64,000 nucleotides of DNA, taken from assembly GCA_036444275.1 (NCBI GenBank), contig JAZGAD010000053.1, positions 1-64,000 on the forward strand. The letters are read 5' to 3'. The first letter of the stretch is position 1; every line of letters starts with the position of its first letter. The position numbers and the translations under genes were made by a program. The notes below the pieces were generated by a model. The model was given only the letters and a program-made list of their open reading frames with translations, did no database searches and was not told the DNA's origin. Below are positions 34,827 to 45,038 of this stretch, piece after piece. This stretch comes from Candidatus Hydrothermarchaeales archaeon. Its GTDB lineage: Archaea > Hydrothermarchaeota > Hydrothermarchaeia > Hydrothermarchaeales > JAZGAD01.

Positions 34827-36236
34827 TTAGAGCTCTGCCTCCTTTTCCCGCCACTTCTCCTCTAAACTTTTAACTTCCTTTTCTTCTACTAGCTTCAGAT
34901 CCTTTATCTCATCGTGGAGCTCCTCCAGGGTCTTATCCGAATGCTTGTAGTAGTTCTGGACGAATCTATGGATGTCCTTCTGGGTCAGATCGTAGTCCAG
35001 CATCAGCTCTAGTACGAGTTCGCGCTTATACATCTCATGATCCAGCTCCTTTAGAGAGAGATTGGTTATTGTGGAGAGCTCTTGGATATACCTGCCGTTC
35101 ATGAGCTGAAGGTCAAGCTTGCCTGTCCTTGGATCATGGGAGAACAGGGTATTGGTGAGAAAGGTATCCTTCTCCCTACCAGCAAGCTCTACAACTTCGA
35201 AGACAATCCTCTTGAGCTTTCCATTCTCGGTGTACCTCCTATGGGCAATTAGAAGGTCGAGGGCAGGGAGCATCATGCTGGGGACATTCATGGGGTGTCC
35301 TTGGAGTCTGATTAGAGCGTCTCTGGCACTGTTAGCATGTATAGTAGCCATGCAACCGTCGTGCCCAGTGTTCATGGCAGTGAACATCGTTAGAGCTTCT
35401 TCAGCTCGCACCTCGCCGACAATCATCCTGTCAGGACGCATTCTCAGGGCATTCTTGAGGAGCATATCCATGCTTATCTCATTGCCTTCCCTGTCAGGTG
35501 GGCGGCTCTCCATTGGTATCCAGTGCTTGTGTCTGATGCTTATCTCAAGAGTGTCTTCTATGCTCACGATGCGCTTGTCTTCGGGTATAAAACTCGACAA
35601 AGCATTCAGCGTCGTTGTCTTGCCGCTGGCAGTGCCTCCGATTATAATTATGTTAGCTGGCAGCTTATCCAGGCCTTCTACCGCGAGCCAGAGGAAGGAT
35701 GTCAACTTCGGGTCCAGGGTTTTATAGCGTAGAAGGTGCAGAACAGTAAGGGGCTCTACTCCGAACTTTCTTATGGTTATCGTCGAACCCTTTGGGGTAA
35801 CCGCTGAGAGAGTTGCATTTACCCTAGAGCCGTCCTGGAGCCTCCCATCTAGCAGGGGAGCAGTTGCATTCACCGTACGTCCTGAATATCTCGCTATTCG
35901 CTCTATTATTGCTCTAGTCTCCTCTTCATCTAGGTAACTATCAGTAGCCCTCGCTCCCGTCTCTTTGTCGAAGACATATACCGGCTGTTCCTTGCCGATC
36001 ACCATGATCTCTTCTAAAGACTCATCCCACATATAGGGAGTAAGTTGCCCCAGGCTGAGGACTTGGTAGATGAAGCAGTCTATGGCCTCCTCGGGCACCT
36101 TGTCTCCCAGACTGGATTTTATCTCGTTTTTAAGCTCTGATACCCGCTTCTTGTCTATAACAAAGACATCACGGTACTTCTCCCCCACGGCTTTGTTTAT
36201 CGCCTCTACATCTGAGCGGTATTTGCTACAATCCAT
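34827..36236 (-). CDS. CpaF/VirB11-like type II/IV secretion ATPase
   Basis: GGTASGKTT, IEDTLE, LRMRPDR, GEVR, TGHDG..TIHA. Confidence 0.9.
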   Translation of the reverse strand: MDCSKYRSDVEAINKAVGEKYRDVFVIDKKRVSELKNEIKSSLGDKVPEEAIDCFIYQVLSLGQLTPYMWDESLEEIMVIGKEQPVYVFDKETGARATDSYLDEEETRAIIERIARYSGRTVNATAPLLDGRLQDGSRVNATLSAVTPKGSTITIRKFGVEPLTVLHLLRYKTLDPKLTSFLWLAVEGLDKLPANIIIIGGTASGKTTTLNALSSFIPEDKRIVSIEDTLEISIRHKHWIPMESRPPDREGNEISMDMLLKNALRMRPDRMIVGEVRAEEALTMFTAMNTGHDGCMATIHANSARDALIRLQGHPMNVPSMMLPALDLLIAHRRYTENGKLKRIVFEVVELAGREKDTFLTNTLFSHDPRTGKLDLQLMNGRYIQELSTITNLSLKELDHEMYKRELVLELMLDYDLTQKDIHRFVQNYYKHSDKTLEELHDEIKDLKLVEEKEVKSLEEKWREKEAEL

Positions 36237-36374
36237 CTCAACTATAACTCATCTGGGTAGTATAAAAAATTTTGTGGATGCTGACTGTTCTACATCCTTG
36301 ATCAAATCAAATAAAGACAGTGGAAACTGTGCGTCAGCTGTATTGTGAGAAAGCCCGTCGTTTGTTATACTATG

Positions 36375-37046
36375 CTATACCCTTTTCACATAGATGGTGC
36401 TAACGATCTCCTCATCTAAGGCTAGCTCTGTCTCCCCTATTTTTACCACGTATGAGGGTTGCTTCTGATGCAGTTTGATTATACTTCCTGGGAGTACCCC
36501 CAAGCTGCTGAGGCGGTCCAACCTTGCATGTTCCTTTGGAACAATGAATACTATTCTCCCTTCCTGTCCAGGTGTAAGCTCCCCAAGAGGAAGCACTAGG
36601 GGCTTCACTTCTTTCTTGAACTTTGCGCAGCAATTAGCCCGCGGTATAGGCTTGTTGTGGGGGCACATCGGTGGGTGTCCCAGAAAGGTGCAGACGCTGT
36701 CAGTCACTTCAATGCTTAAGATGTGTTCAAATTTACAGGCCTCAGGATGTATATGCTTCGCCGGTAGTTCAAAGATTTCTGAAAGTAGACTTTCAGCTAA
36801 GCGGTGGCGCCTTATTATATCCTCTGCCTTTTTCTCTCCACTTTTGCTCAGAGTGACCCTGCCTTCTTGGATGCCTACAAGCCCCTTTTGTTCCATCTCG
36901 TTGAGCAGCTTGCTTGCATCCTCTTCTTCGCTTGACTTAACAATATACTCCAGCTCGTCCTTTTTCCGCTCCCTTGAGATCCATATAAGCTCTAATAGCT
37001 CATCAATACTCTGCTCGCTTATCCCACTGCTTTCCTTTCGTGTCAT
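36375..37046 (-). CDS. DtxR/MntR-family metalloregulator with C-terminal FeoA domain
   Basis: RRHRLAE, EACKFEH, CPH..PIP; RLSSLGVLPG FeoA motif. Confidence 0.88.
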   Translation of the reverse strand: MTRKESSGISEQSIDELLELIWISRERKKDELEYIVKSSEEEDASKLLNEMEQKGLVGIQEGRVTLSKSGEKKAEDIIRRHRLAESLLSEIFELPAKHIHPEACKFEHILSIEVTDSVCTFLGHPPMCPHNKPIPRANCCAKFKKEVKPLVLPLGELTPGQEGRIVFIVPKEHARLDRLSSLGVLPGSIIKLHQKQPSYVVKIGETELALDEEIVSTIYVKRV

Positions 37047-37225
37047 CTTCTCCTCCTTAATATCTTCTTAATAACATCAATAGTTTTGGATTTTTGTACA
37101 AACTGATAGTTACAGTGTGGGCAGCAGATCATGCCGCATCCCCTACTCATAGGGCAACCCTTGCACTTCACCTCTTCCATTTCCTCTGCGAATTCATAGC
37201 CGCAGAGAGGGCATTTCAACTTCAT
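37043..37225 (-). CDS. Small Cys-rich FeoB-associated protein
   Basis: CPLC...CKGCP...C..ICCPHC; coupled to feoB. Confidence 0.75.
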   Translation of the reverse strand: MKLKCPLCGYEFAEEMEEVKCKGCPMSRGCGMICCPHCNYQFVQKSKTIDVIKKILRRRR

Positions 37226-39183
37226 AAGCTCACCTCGAATAAGTGCAGCAGGAAGTTTAAGATACCGCCAACTAGAAAGGCAAATGGGAAGATAAATGCC
37301 GTTATAGCTAGAGCTGTCTTTAAGCCGCGTTCCTTTATAATCACGAGGAAGTTGGCTATACAGGGCACAAACAATGTTATGGTAACCAGGCTAACCACTG
37401 TCTGGATAGCGTCCAGTTGTCCGGCTCGGGCAAGTGTGAATAAGCCAGCGGCACCGAAGTCTCTTCTTAGAAAACCGATGAGGAATGCCTCAGTGGCTTT
37501 GGCCGGAAGCCCCAGGAAGTTTACTACTAGTGGCGATGCAAGTTCTTCGATAAGTTGTAGGAGCAAGAGCTTGTCAAACACAAATAGGATCGTAGTGCCC
37601 AAAATGAATAGGGGGATCACCTCTTTCAGATACCATTCGACGCGTGCCATAGTCTTAACGATTATATTCGAAAGCTGGGGCATCCTGATGGGCGGCAACT
37701 CTAAGACAAAATCAGAGCTTTCACCGGGTATAACTTTAGAGGCGAGAAAACCTACTAATACGAGAACTCCGCCGACAACACCTGCCCATAGGGCAGTTGC
37801 CTTAAAGGAGAGCATGCCTAGCATACCCAGCACTACTCCAAGCTGAGCAGAACATGGTACAGCCAGTGCTAAGAGGAGGGTGACTATGATTCGATCTTTC
37901 CTGGTATCTAGAGTTCGAGTAGTCATGGTAGCCATAGTGTCGCAACCCAACCCCAGGACCATTGGTAGTACAGCCTTGCCGTTTAATCCCATGAGTCTGA
38001 ATACCTTGTTGAGCATTACAGCCAATCTGGGCAGGTAGCCGGAATCCTCGAGGATGCCGAAGACGATGAAGAATGTCCCCACTATCGGCAAAATAATGGC
38101 AAACCCATAAGAGAGCGCCATAGTAACCATCCCGTACTCGCCGACCAGAAAATCACGTACTATCCCGGCTGGAATCAGGTAATTGACTGCGCGCACAGAC
38201 CACGGGTTTATGTATCCACCGAAGACCCTACGCTCCATAAAGTCAACCAGGGTCTGAGCACCGAATTCACCGACGAACTTATAGGTCAAATATAAAACGA
38301 GTAGTAGGATAGGCACTCCCCAGACTGGGTGCGTGGATAGTCTACCCAGAGCATCGGATAGAGAAGGGTGCTCTATCTTTGTTGTTTGCACCACTTGCTC
38401 GACGACCTCGTCAGCCTTCTTCAGGCGGTGTCTGTTTATCGCATAGCCCAATGACTCTGTATATTTAAACTGTATGTCTTGCCTAGTACGCTCTATTCTC
38501 TTTATATCACCAGGCGCAAGGTTATCGTGCAGCCATTTCCCTAAGCTTTCATCCCCGGCGAGGAGCATTAGTGCAATACTCCTCCTCGAGATTCTGGCCT
38601 CTGGCAGTAGGGCCGCTATCTCTCTTACTCCCCGCTCTATATCCTCGTCATAGGCAATCACGTAGTTCGAGACACGTGGCTTGGATACGCCTTTTATTAA
38701 GTTGCTCAAACCTTCTTTCTGGGTCGCCACAGTAGCTATAGCCTCAATGCCCAGAATTTCTGATAGTCTCTCAGTATCAATTGTAATACCCCTGCTTTTA
38801 GCTTCATCGTGCATATTCAGGTCTAGGACAAAAGGTAAGCCCATCTCAGCTAGCTGCAGTGTTATCAGCAGACCTCGCCTCAGATTTTTAGAATCAGCGA
38901 CTTGTATAATGTTGTACAGGTCTTCTGTCAAAAGGATGTCCCGAGTGACCCTCTCGTCCTCGGACATGGGTATCAAATTATTTATCCCGGGAGTATCAAC
39001 GATCACGCTTTCCTTATCGAAGGAGGCGTTTCCATGCGTTATCTCAACGGTTGTACCTGGATAATTGGATACCGTAACATATCTGCCTGTAAGGAGGCCG
39101 GATATAACGCTCTTCCCTACGTTCGGGTTCCCTACGAGTACTATCTTCCTGCCCGTTATGTCTGTCTTTTTATGTTGATGCAT
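37222..39183 (-). CDS. feoB: Ferrous iron transporter B
   Basis: GNPNVGKS, NYPGTTVE, DTPG, LEDSGYLPR, ELPP. Confidence 0.95.
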   Translation of the reverse strand: MHQHKKTDITGRKIVLVGNPNVGKSVISGLLTGRYVTVSNYPGTTVEITHGNASFDKESVIVDTPGINNLIPMSEDERVTRDILLTEDLYNIIQVADSKNLRRGLLITLQLAEMGLPFVLDLNMHDEAKSRGITIDTERLSEILGIEAIATVATQKEGLSNLIKGVSKPRVSNYVIAYDEDIERGVREIAALLPEARISRRSIALMLLAGDESLGKWLHDNLAPGDIKRIERTRQDIQFKYTESLGYAINRHRLKKADEVVEQVVQTTKIEHPSLSDALGRLSTHPVWGVPILLLVLYLTYKFVGEFGAQTLVDFMERRVFGGYINPWSVRAVNYLIPAGIVRDFLVGEYGMVTMALSYGFAIILPIVGTFFIVFGILEDSGYLPRLAVMLNKVFRLMGLNGKAVLPMVLGLGCDTMATMTTRTLDTRKDRIIVTLLLALAVPCSAQLGVVLGMLGMLSFKATALWAGVVGGVLVLVGFLASKVIPGESSDFVLELPPIRMPQLSNIIVKTMARVEWYLKEVIPLFILGTTILFVFDKLLLLQLIEELASPLVVNFLGLPAKATEAFLIGFLRRDFGAAGLFTLARAGQLDAIQTVVSLVTITLFVPCIANFLVIIKERGLKTALAITAFIFPFAFLVGGILNFLLHLFEVSL

Positions 39184-39196
39184 ACGTCCTTTCCTA

Positions 39197-39214
39197 AATT
39201 AGGCTTGCCTAATT
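39197..39214. promoter_or_regulatory. DtxR-type operator AATTAGGC-TT-GCCTAATT
   Basis: Perfect 8-bp inverted repeat (TTAGG-N4-CCTAA core) 14 bp upstream of the feoB ATG. Confidence 0.8.
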
Positions 39215-39364
39215 AATAAGAATTTGTGCACAGTAAATAAAAACCTTTGGTTCGTTTTTGCCTTATTAAGCTGCGATATAATAAAGGTAAATTTATATAT
39301 CACGTTTACAAATATCTACAAAGACTGGGTTTGCAGACTGGGGTGGCATATCCTGGAAAAAAAG

Positions 39365-41644
39365 ATGAACCAGGGCAGACCTCTAGGGAAGCTATTGCTT
39401 CGAGCAATGGTTGACAGCATAGGGGAAGGAATAGTCGTACTTGATGCCAGTTATCGTATAATATTCGTGAATGATGCTCTAACCAAGCTTATGAAGGTGC
39501 GTACGGAGGGGCTCTTGGGGAAGACTTGTTACACTGTTTTTCACAACCGATCTAGTGTGTGTTCTGATTGCCCTGTGGAGACGACCTTTGCTACAGGGGA
39601 GCCAGCGGCAACAGCATTCCATACGGGAAAGACCGCTAATGGTAGCACGACATATATGGAGCTTACTTCTTATCCCATAAAGGATTCCGAGGGCAAGGTG
39701 CTCCAAGTCGTAGAGATCGTGAAGGACATCAAACATAGAATGGAAGTTGAGCGCAAGCTCAGGGAGAAAAGCGATGAGCTTGAGATGATATTCGACAATG
39801 CTCATGTAGGGATAGGCCTTCTGGATAATGATATGCGTTACATTCGGATTAATCGCTTCATGGAAGACATGATTGGACTCAAATCCAATGAGATCAAAGG
39901 GGAGCACTGCTACGACGTGGTAGGAGAATACAGAAATGACCCCACAAGAGGCGGGAAGGAGAGGATATGTGATGCCTGCAATATTGTGAAGGTCCTGGAT
40001 ACTGGTGATATACATAGCCATGTCAGAGAACACTCCTGGGGGCTAATAACCGAGAGTACAGGGGTTCCAGTAAAGAATGAGCATGGAGAGGTTGTTGGCG
40101 TGATGGAGATAATACGTGACATCACGAAGGAGAAAAAACTAGAGGAGGGGAAGAAAAAATCCGAGGAAAAATACCGCACTTTAATCGAGACCATGGACGA
40201 TGGCATTGCCGTGATGGATAAGGAGAGAAAGGTGACCTTTTGCAATAAGAAATTCGCAGAGATGATGGAATACGAAGTAGAAGAAATGCTGGGTATGGAT
40301 GTTATTTCTCTGTTCAATAAGGAGAACCAGGGGATTTTGAAAAAGGAACTTAAAAAAAGGGCACAGGGGAAATCATCAGTATATGAGATAGAATTCACAA
40401 CCCAGAGTAGGAGGCAACTACCAGTGTTGATGCATGCTACTCCACTCCTAGACAAAGACGAAAAACATATAGGTAGCTTCGCGGTTGTCACTGACATGAC
40501 TGAGAAGAAGAAACTTGAAAATGAGCTCAGGGAGTACGTAGAGAAGCTGGAGGAAAAGGTCGAGGAACGAACGGCAAGGCTAAGGGAAGCACAGAAGCAC
40601 CTTAAGAATGTAATTGACACTATTGGAGAGCAGATCTGTGTCATTGACAGAGACCTTAAGATAGGGGGATTTAACAAGGTCTTTGCCAAGCATGTAACAT
40701 TTCCAAAAGAGAAGATAAGTGGGGTGAAATGCTATAAGGTTATTCATGGCTATTCAGAGGAAGATTTCCACAAGTTCTGCATTTCGTGCTCTGTTAAACA
40801 AGCATTCGAGTTCGGGAAGAGCGTGGAATCGATTCATGAACATGAGGCGGACGATGATATAGTATACCATGAATGCAGGGCTCTTCCAATGAAGAATCCA
40901 GATGGCGAAGTCTATCAAGTCGTCTATGTGGTCAACGATGTTACTACTAAGAAAAAGTTAGAGCAATCTATAATTCAAGCCAAAGACGACGCTGAATTCT
41001 ACATAGATCTAATGAGCCACGACATCAACAACGCAAATACTGTGGCACTAGGCATGCTAGAATTGCTGGGCGATTCAGTACAGGGAGAGGAGAAAGAATA
41101 TATCAGTAAATCTCTGGCGGCCGTCAAGCGGAGCTCCGAGATCATAAACGACGTGAAAAAGCTTCAACTTGTGAGACACACTAGGAAAGAAGCTTTGCAA
41201 AGGAGGATGCTCTCACCAGTCTTGCAGGAGGCAATAACAAGTGTAAAGGCTGCCTACGGTGATAAAGTCGAAGTCACTTACAAGCCAAAGAAGGCTGTAG
41301 TACTCGCCGATGATTTAATTAAGGATCTCTTCTGGAATCTCCTGGATAATGCAGCCAAATACGATCCTCACTCAAAAGTCGTTATCGGCGTAGAAGTAGA
41401 AGACATGGGGGACGCGTGGAGGATAGGTGTAACAGACAGGGGACGAGGAGTACCTGACGATATGAAGATAGAGATTTTCGAGCGCTTCAGAAGGCTGGAA
41501 AAGCAAGTCAAAGGTTCAGGTATAGGTCTCTACCTAGCAAAGACTCTCGTTGATACATATGGAGGCAAGATCTGGGTGGAGAACCGCGTGAAAGGAGACC
41601 ATGAGAAGGGTAGCGTCTTCTACGTCGTACTGCCTCAGGCTTAA
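39365..41644 (+). CDS. Multi-PAS sensor histidine kinase
   Basis: Four PAS repeats; H-box SHDINN; NLLDNAAKY, DRGRG, GSGIGL; likely start ATG 39365. Confidence 0.9.
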   Translation: MNQGRPLGKLLLRAMVDSIGEGIVVLDASYRIIFVNDALTKLMKVRTEGLLGKTCYTVFHNRSSVCSDCPVETTFATGEPAATAFHTGKTANGSTTYMELTSYPIKDSEGKVLQVVEIVKDIKHRMEVERKLREKSDELEMIFDNAHVGIGLLDNDMRYIRINRFMEDMIGLKSNEIKGEHCYDVVGEYRNDPTRGGKERICDACNIVKVLDTGDIHSHVREHSWGLITESTGVPVKNEHGEVVGVMEIIRDITKEKKLEEGKKKSEEKYRTLIETMDDGIAVMDKERKVTFCNKKFAEMMEYEVEEMLGMDVISLFNKENQGILKKELKKRAQGKSSVYEIEFTTQSRRQLPVLMHATPLLDKDEKHIGSFAVVTDMTEKKKLENELREYVEKLEEKVEERTARLREAQKHLKNVIDTIGEQICVIDRDLKIGGFNKVFAKHVTFPKEKISGVKCYKVIHGYSEEDFHKFCISCSVKQAFEFGKSVESIHEHEADDDIVYHECRALPMKNPDGEVYQVVYVVNDVTTKKKLEQSIIQAKDDAEFYIDLMSHDINNANTVALGMLELLGDSVQGEEKEYISKSLAAVKRSSEIINDVKKLQLVRHTRKEALQRRMLSPVLQEAITSVKAAYGDKVEVTYKPKKAVVLADDLIKDLFWNLLDNAAKYDPHSKVVIGVEVEDMGDAWRIGVTDRGRGVPDDMKIEIFERFRRLEKQVKGSGIGLYLAKTLVDTYGGKIWVENRVKGDHEKGSVFYVVLPQA

Positions 41645-41674
41645 TCTAACCAATTATTCTATGTGGTAGATTAG

Positions 41675-43270
41675 TCATTTCACTCTTATTATCCTCACTA
41701 TGCCGTAGGGTGAGGGCTTTTCATATACCGTCTCGAAGAATTGTCCGTTGAATTTTTCTATATCGATATCTACACCGTACTCGCTGGCTGGCTTATAATA
41801 TGATAAGAGGTTGCCGTAGCGCATCATGTTGTCTGAGTAGAAGATATGTGTCGCGTTATAGCGCTTGGCGATATTGCTTGCTACTCCTGCATTGGATGTA
41901 TCGTAAAGGATAAAGAGGTCGTTCTGCACCTGCCCAGGTGCTTTAATATACAGATAGTTGACATTGCGCAGTGGAAATACACCGCCTAGCAGTGCCTTCC
42001 CACCGGTTACACCTGCGAACATCTGGGAGCGGTAGTAATCAGCGATTATCCTATCACTTGGTGAGGAATTATTCCTGAACCAGAGTGCTGCCTCGTATTC
42101 AGCCTCTGTTAAGCCTGAGGTCTGGAATCTTGTGGTTAAGCCGTAGTCATAGATGTTCCAGCCCATACCCAGCAAGAGAGCCGCTGCTAGAATGAGGGTA
42201 ATCTTTCTTCTGCTGGAGGAAAGGAAGACACCTATAGCCAGGGAGAGTGGCTGGGCTAAGAAGGGATAGAATCTGAATCCCTCAAGAGGCTTCGCGAGAG
42301 TGCTCCATGATAGGTGTGTGGCATTAAAGGCGTTGAGGATCACCTCGTTCTGGGTTTCGAGAAAAATGGGTAGCGCCCATAGGATAAGGAGTAGGTGCTT
42401 ATGCTTTCTCCAGTCTCTGAAGAGGTAGAGGTAGGATGCGATTCCAAGGAGAGCTGCAAATACTCCATAGTCTAGCAACTGGTGCTCCATAGGATACATT
42501 CCGCTGCTCGTCACCAAGGCCTTTATCCACCACCAATAGAGGTTTCTGGGGAGCCACCAAGGCGCTGCTATCACTTGGGAGATAAGGATTACCTTGCCGA
42601 GATCTAGGAACAACTTCTTTCCTGCTTTATGCACGGCAACTAATGCTATAGTCACCATCAAAAGGATCAATATCTCTATGAAGTAGGATAGGTGTATCAG
42701 GAAATTCACTCCAAGGGCTATGCCCATGCCAGCGATTATTAGATTACTAGGCTTCTTAGAGTGTTTTAGCCACGCAAGTACCAGTAGAGGAATGAGGAAG
42801 AGTGTGAAGGACTGTGGGTCTGAGATTCCGCTCCAGAATATGAATGACGGTGTAAGTGCTAGTGCAGTAGTGGAGATGAAAGCTACATGCGAGCCATATA
42901 GGTATCTAGCCAAGAAGAATAGGGATAGGGGTGCTAAGGCCTCGATAAAAGGGAGCAATCTAGAGCTCACCGTGGGTATATCCAAGCCCGAGATAGAGCT
43001 CGTCAGGGCAAACAGGATTGGTGAAAGCGGGGGATACCACATGGGCACCATGCCATATGCTCTGTATCGAATATCTGGCTCAGGAAGGATGCCATAGTCC
43101 TGGATGTACTGGGCCATGGTGAGGCGGTACCATATGTCCCCCTGGAAAGTCAGGAGGTGTGAGTCTATCGCAAGTCTAGGCGCCAGTCTAAGATAGAAGC
43201 CCAGGAAGAAGAGTGCTAGCAGGAAAAGGGCTTCCTTCTTATTCAGCCTGAATTCCTGCACTTCTACCAC
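41675..43270 (-). CDS. GT-C (STT3/PMT-like) membrane glycosyltransferase
   Basis: LR..P, GDIWY, YPP, many TM helices, A..WFR.N C-terminal domain. Confidence 0.7.
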   Translation of the reverse strand: MVEVQEFRLNKKEALFLLALFFLGFYLRLAPRLAIDSHLLTFQGDIWYRLTMAQYIQDYGILPEPDIRYRAYGMVPMWYPPLSPILFALTSSISGLDIPTVSSRLLPFIEALAPLSLFFLARYLYGSHVAFISTTALALTPSFIFWSGISDPQSFTLFLIPLLVLAWLKHSKKPSNLIIAGMGIALGVNFLIHLSYFIEILILLMVTIALVAVHKAGKKLFLDLGKVILISQVIAAPWWLPRNLYWWWIKALVTSSGMYPMEHQLLDYGVFAALLGIASYLYLFRDWRKHKHLLLILWALPIFLETQNEVILNAFNATHLSWSTLAKPLEGFRFYPFLAQPLSLAIGVFLSSSRRKITLILAAALLLGMGWNIYDYGLTTRFQTSGLTEAEYEAALWFRNNSSPSDRIIADYYRSQMFAGVTGGKALLGGVFPLRNVNYLYIKAPGQVQNDLFILYDTSNAGVASNIAKRYNATHIFYSDNMMRYGNLLSYYKPASEYGVDIDIEKFNGQFFETVYEKPSPYGIVRIIRVK

Positions 43271-43419
43271 CGGTATCCTTTTTTATTCTGTGATTAATCG
43301 AGAGATATGGGAGTTTATATCTTTCTCCCAAGTGGGTGCTCAGCAGTAGCATGCCTCAACAATGTCCGAGAAAAAGTGTCAAAATTAGAATTTGAAGTAG
43401 GATATGCAGGGGGATAGAG

Positions 43420-44085
43420 ATGAAGATAGCAGTGCTATCAGATATTCATTCCAACATGCCAGCCTTGAAAGAGGTGTTAAAGGGTATTGACGGCATGGAA
43501 ATATTCTGTTGCGGGGACCTAGTGGGTTATAATCCCTTTCCAAACGAGGTTGTAGAGTTGTTTAGGAAGAAGCATATACATTGTATCCTCGGCAACCACG
43601 ACCAAGCGGTCATTACAGGTGATACCTCGTGGTTTAATCCAATCGCAGCTAGAGCTATAGAATGGACCATAGAGGCGCTCAAAGATGAGAATCTGGAATT
43701 TCTAAAGACATTGCCCAGGGTATACGAGGATGGATTCTACGCAGTTCATGGTAGCCCACGCAACCAGCTGGAGGAATACGTCTATCCAGATTACCCATTA
43801 GAGGTTCTCCTCAGCTTCTTCGACTCTACTGAGAAGAATGTCATGGCCCTTGGTCACACTCATACCCCTTTTCAAAAGAGGCTTGATGACAAGCTCCTAT
43901 TTAACCCGGGGAGTGTTGGGCAACCCAGGGATCTTGACCCATGTGCGGCATATGCTATCTTAGACTTAGATATTAATGATGTTGAGATCAGGAGAGTGGA
44001 ATATGATATAGACGAAGTGGCAGATGCAATAATCGAGCGGGGGCTTCCAACAGCTCTGGCTCAGAGGCTCCACTTGGGTTGGTGA
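43420..44085 (+). CDS. Metallophosphoesterase
   Basis: SDIHSN, GDLVGY, GNHD, HGSP, GHTH, NPGSVGQPRD. Confidence 0.88.
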   Translation: MKIAVLSDIHSNMPALKEVLKGIDGMEIFCCGDLVGYNPFPNEVVELFRKKHIHCILGNHDQAVITGDTSWFNPIAARAIEWTIEALKDENLEFLKTLPRVYEDGFYAVHGSPRNQLEEYVYPDYPLEVLLSFFDSTEKNVMALGHTHTPFQKRLDDKLLFNPGSVGQPRDLDPCAAYAILDLDINDVEIRRVEYDIDEVADAIIERGLPTALAQRLHLGW

Positions 44086-44129
44086 ACTATACATCCAAGA
44101 AATGTGAGGGTTAAGACGACCTTCCAAAG

Positions 44130-45038
44130 TCACCCATAGACCTCTTCGAGGATCTCGTCTGCCCCTTTCCTGAGAAGCTCCTCGGCAGCTGTAACACCTA
44201 TCTCCTCAGCATCCTCTGCTTTTCCGTCGGCTATAGCTTCGATCTTCCTATCTCCATTAGGGGAAAAGACCGCTGCCGTAAGGAAGAGTTTTCCATTTAT
44301 TTGAGTCATAGCCCCTATAGGTACTTGACACCCACCGCCCAAGCGCTTCAACAATGCTCTCTCAGCCTGGATCCTATGCATGGACGCTATATGATTAATG
44401 GCAGAGAGATATTCCCCCTCAAAGTCTCTCCTTGCGACGACAGCTATAGCTCCCTGCCCTATCGAAGGCAGGAAGACATCCAAAGGAAGTTCTTGAGAAA
44501 TCACTTCCTCTAAGTCCAGCCTCTTTAATCCCGCCTTGGCCATGATAATAGCGTCGTATTCTCTAGAGCTGAGCTTCCTGAGCCGAGTATCCACGTTTCC
44601 CCGTATATCCTTCACCTGGAGGTCGCCTCGATAGTTCAACACCTCGGCCTTCCTCCTTAAACTGCTAGTACCTATTACTGCGCCTCTGGGCAGAGTCTCT
44701 AACGTCAGCTTATCTCTAGATATCAGAACATCTCTAGCATCTTCCCTTTCCGGTACACATGCTATCTCCAGCTCCTCCAGAACCTCGGTGGGGACATCCT
44801 TCATGCTGTGAACAGCGAAGTCCACGTCACCCCTTGCTACTGCCTCATCGATCTCCTTCACAAACAACCCTTTTCCCCCTATTCTTGCGAGAGGCGCGTC
44901 AGAGATTTTATCTCCAGTTGTCTTTATAATCCTTTTTTCAAACTCTAGATCAGGGAACCTCTCTTTCAAAAGCATCGAGACAAAATCAACTTGGGCTAGT
45001 GCGAGCTTGCTGCCCCTTGTACCTATGACAAGCTTCAT
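44130..45038 (-). CDS. hemC: Hydroxymethylbilane synthase
   Basis: GTRGSKLA, GKGLFVKE, VHSMKD, GTSSLRR, GGCQVP; start ATG 45038 overlaps the hemL stop. Confidence 0.95.
   Translation of the reverse strand: MKLVIGTRGSKLALAQVDFVSMLLKERFPDLEFEKRIIKTTGDKISDAPLARIGGKGLFVKEIDEAVARGDVDFAVHSMKDVPTEVLEELEIACVPEREDARDVLISRDKLTLETLPRGAVIGTSSLRRKAEVLNYRGDLQVKDIRGNVDTRLRKLSSREYDAIIMAKAGLKRLDLEEVISQELPLDVFLPSIGQGAIAVVARRDFEGEYLSAINHIASMHRIQAERALLKRLGGGCQVPIGAMTQINGKLFLTAAVFSPNGDRKIEAIADGKAEDAEEIGVTAAEELLRKGADEILEEVYG

Noticed and set aside
43308-43330. tgggag/ctccca inverted repeat around a TATA-like tract
   Set aside because: Only 6-bp arms, single instance, no adjacent regulator
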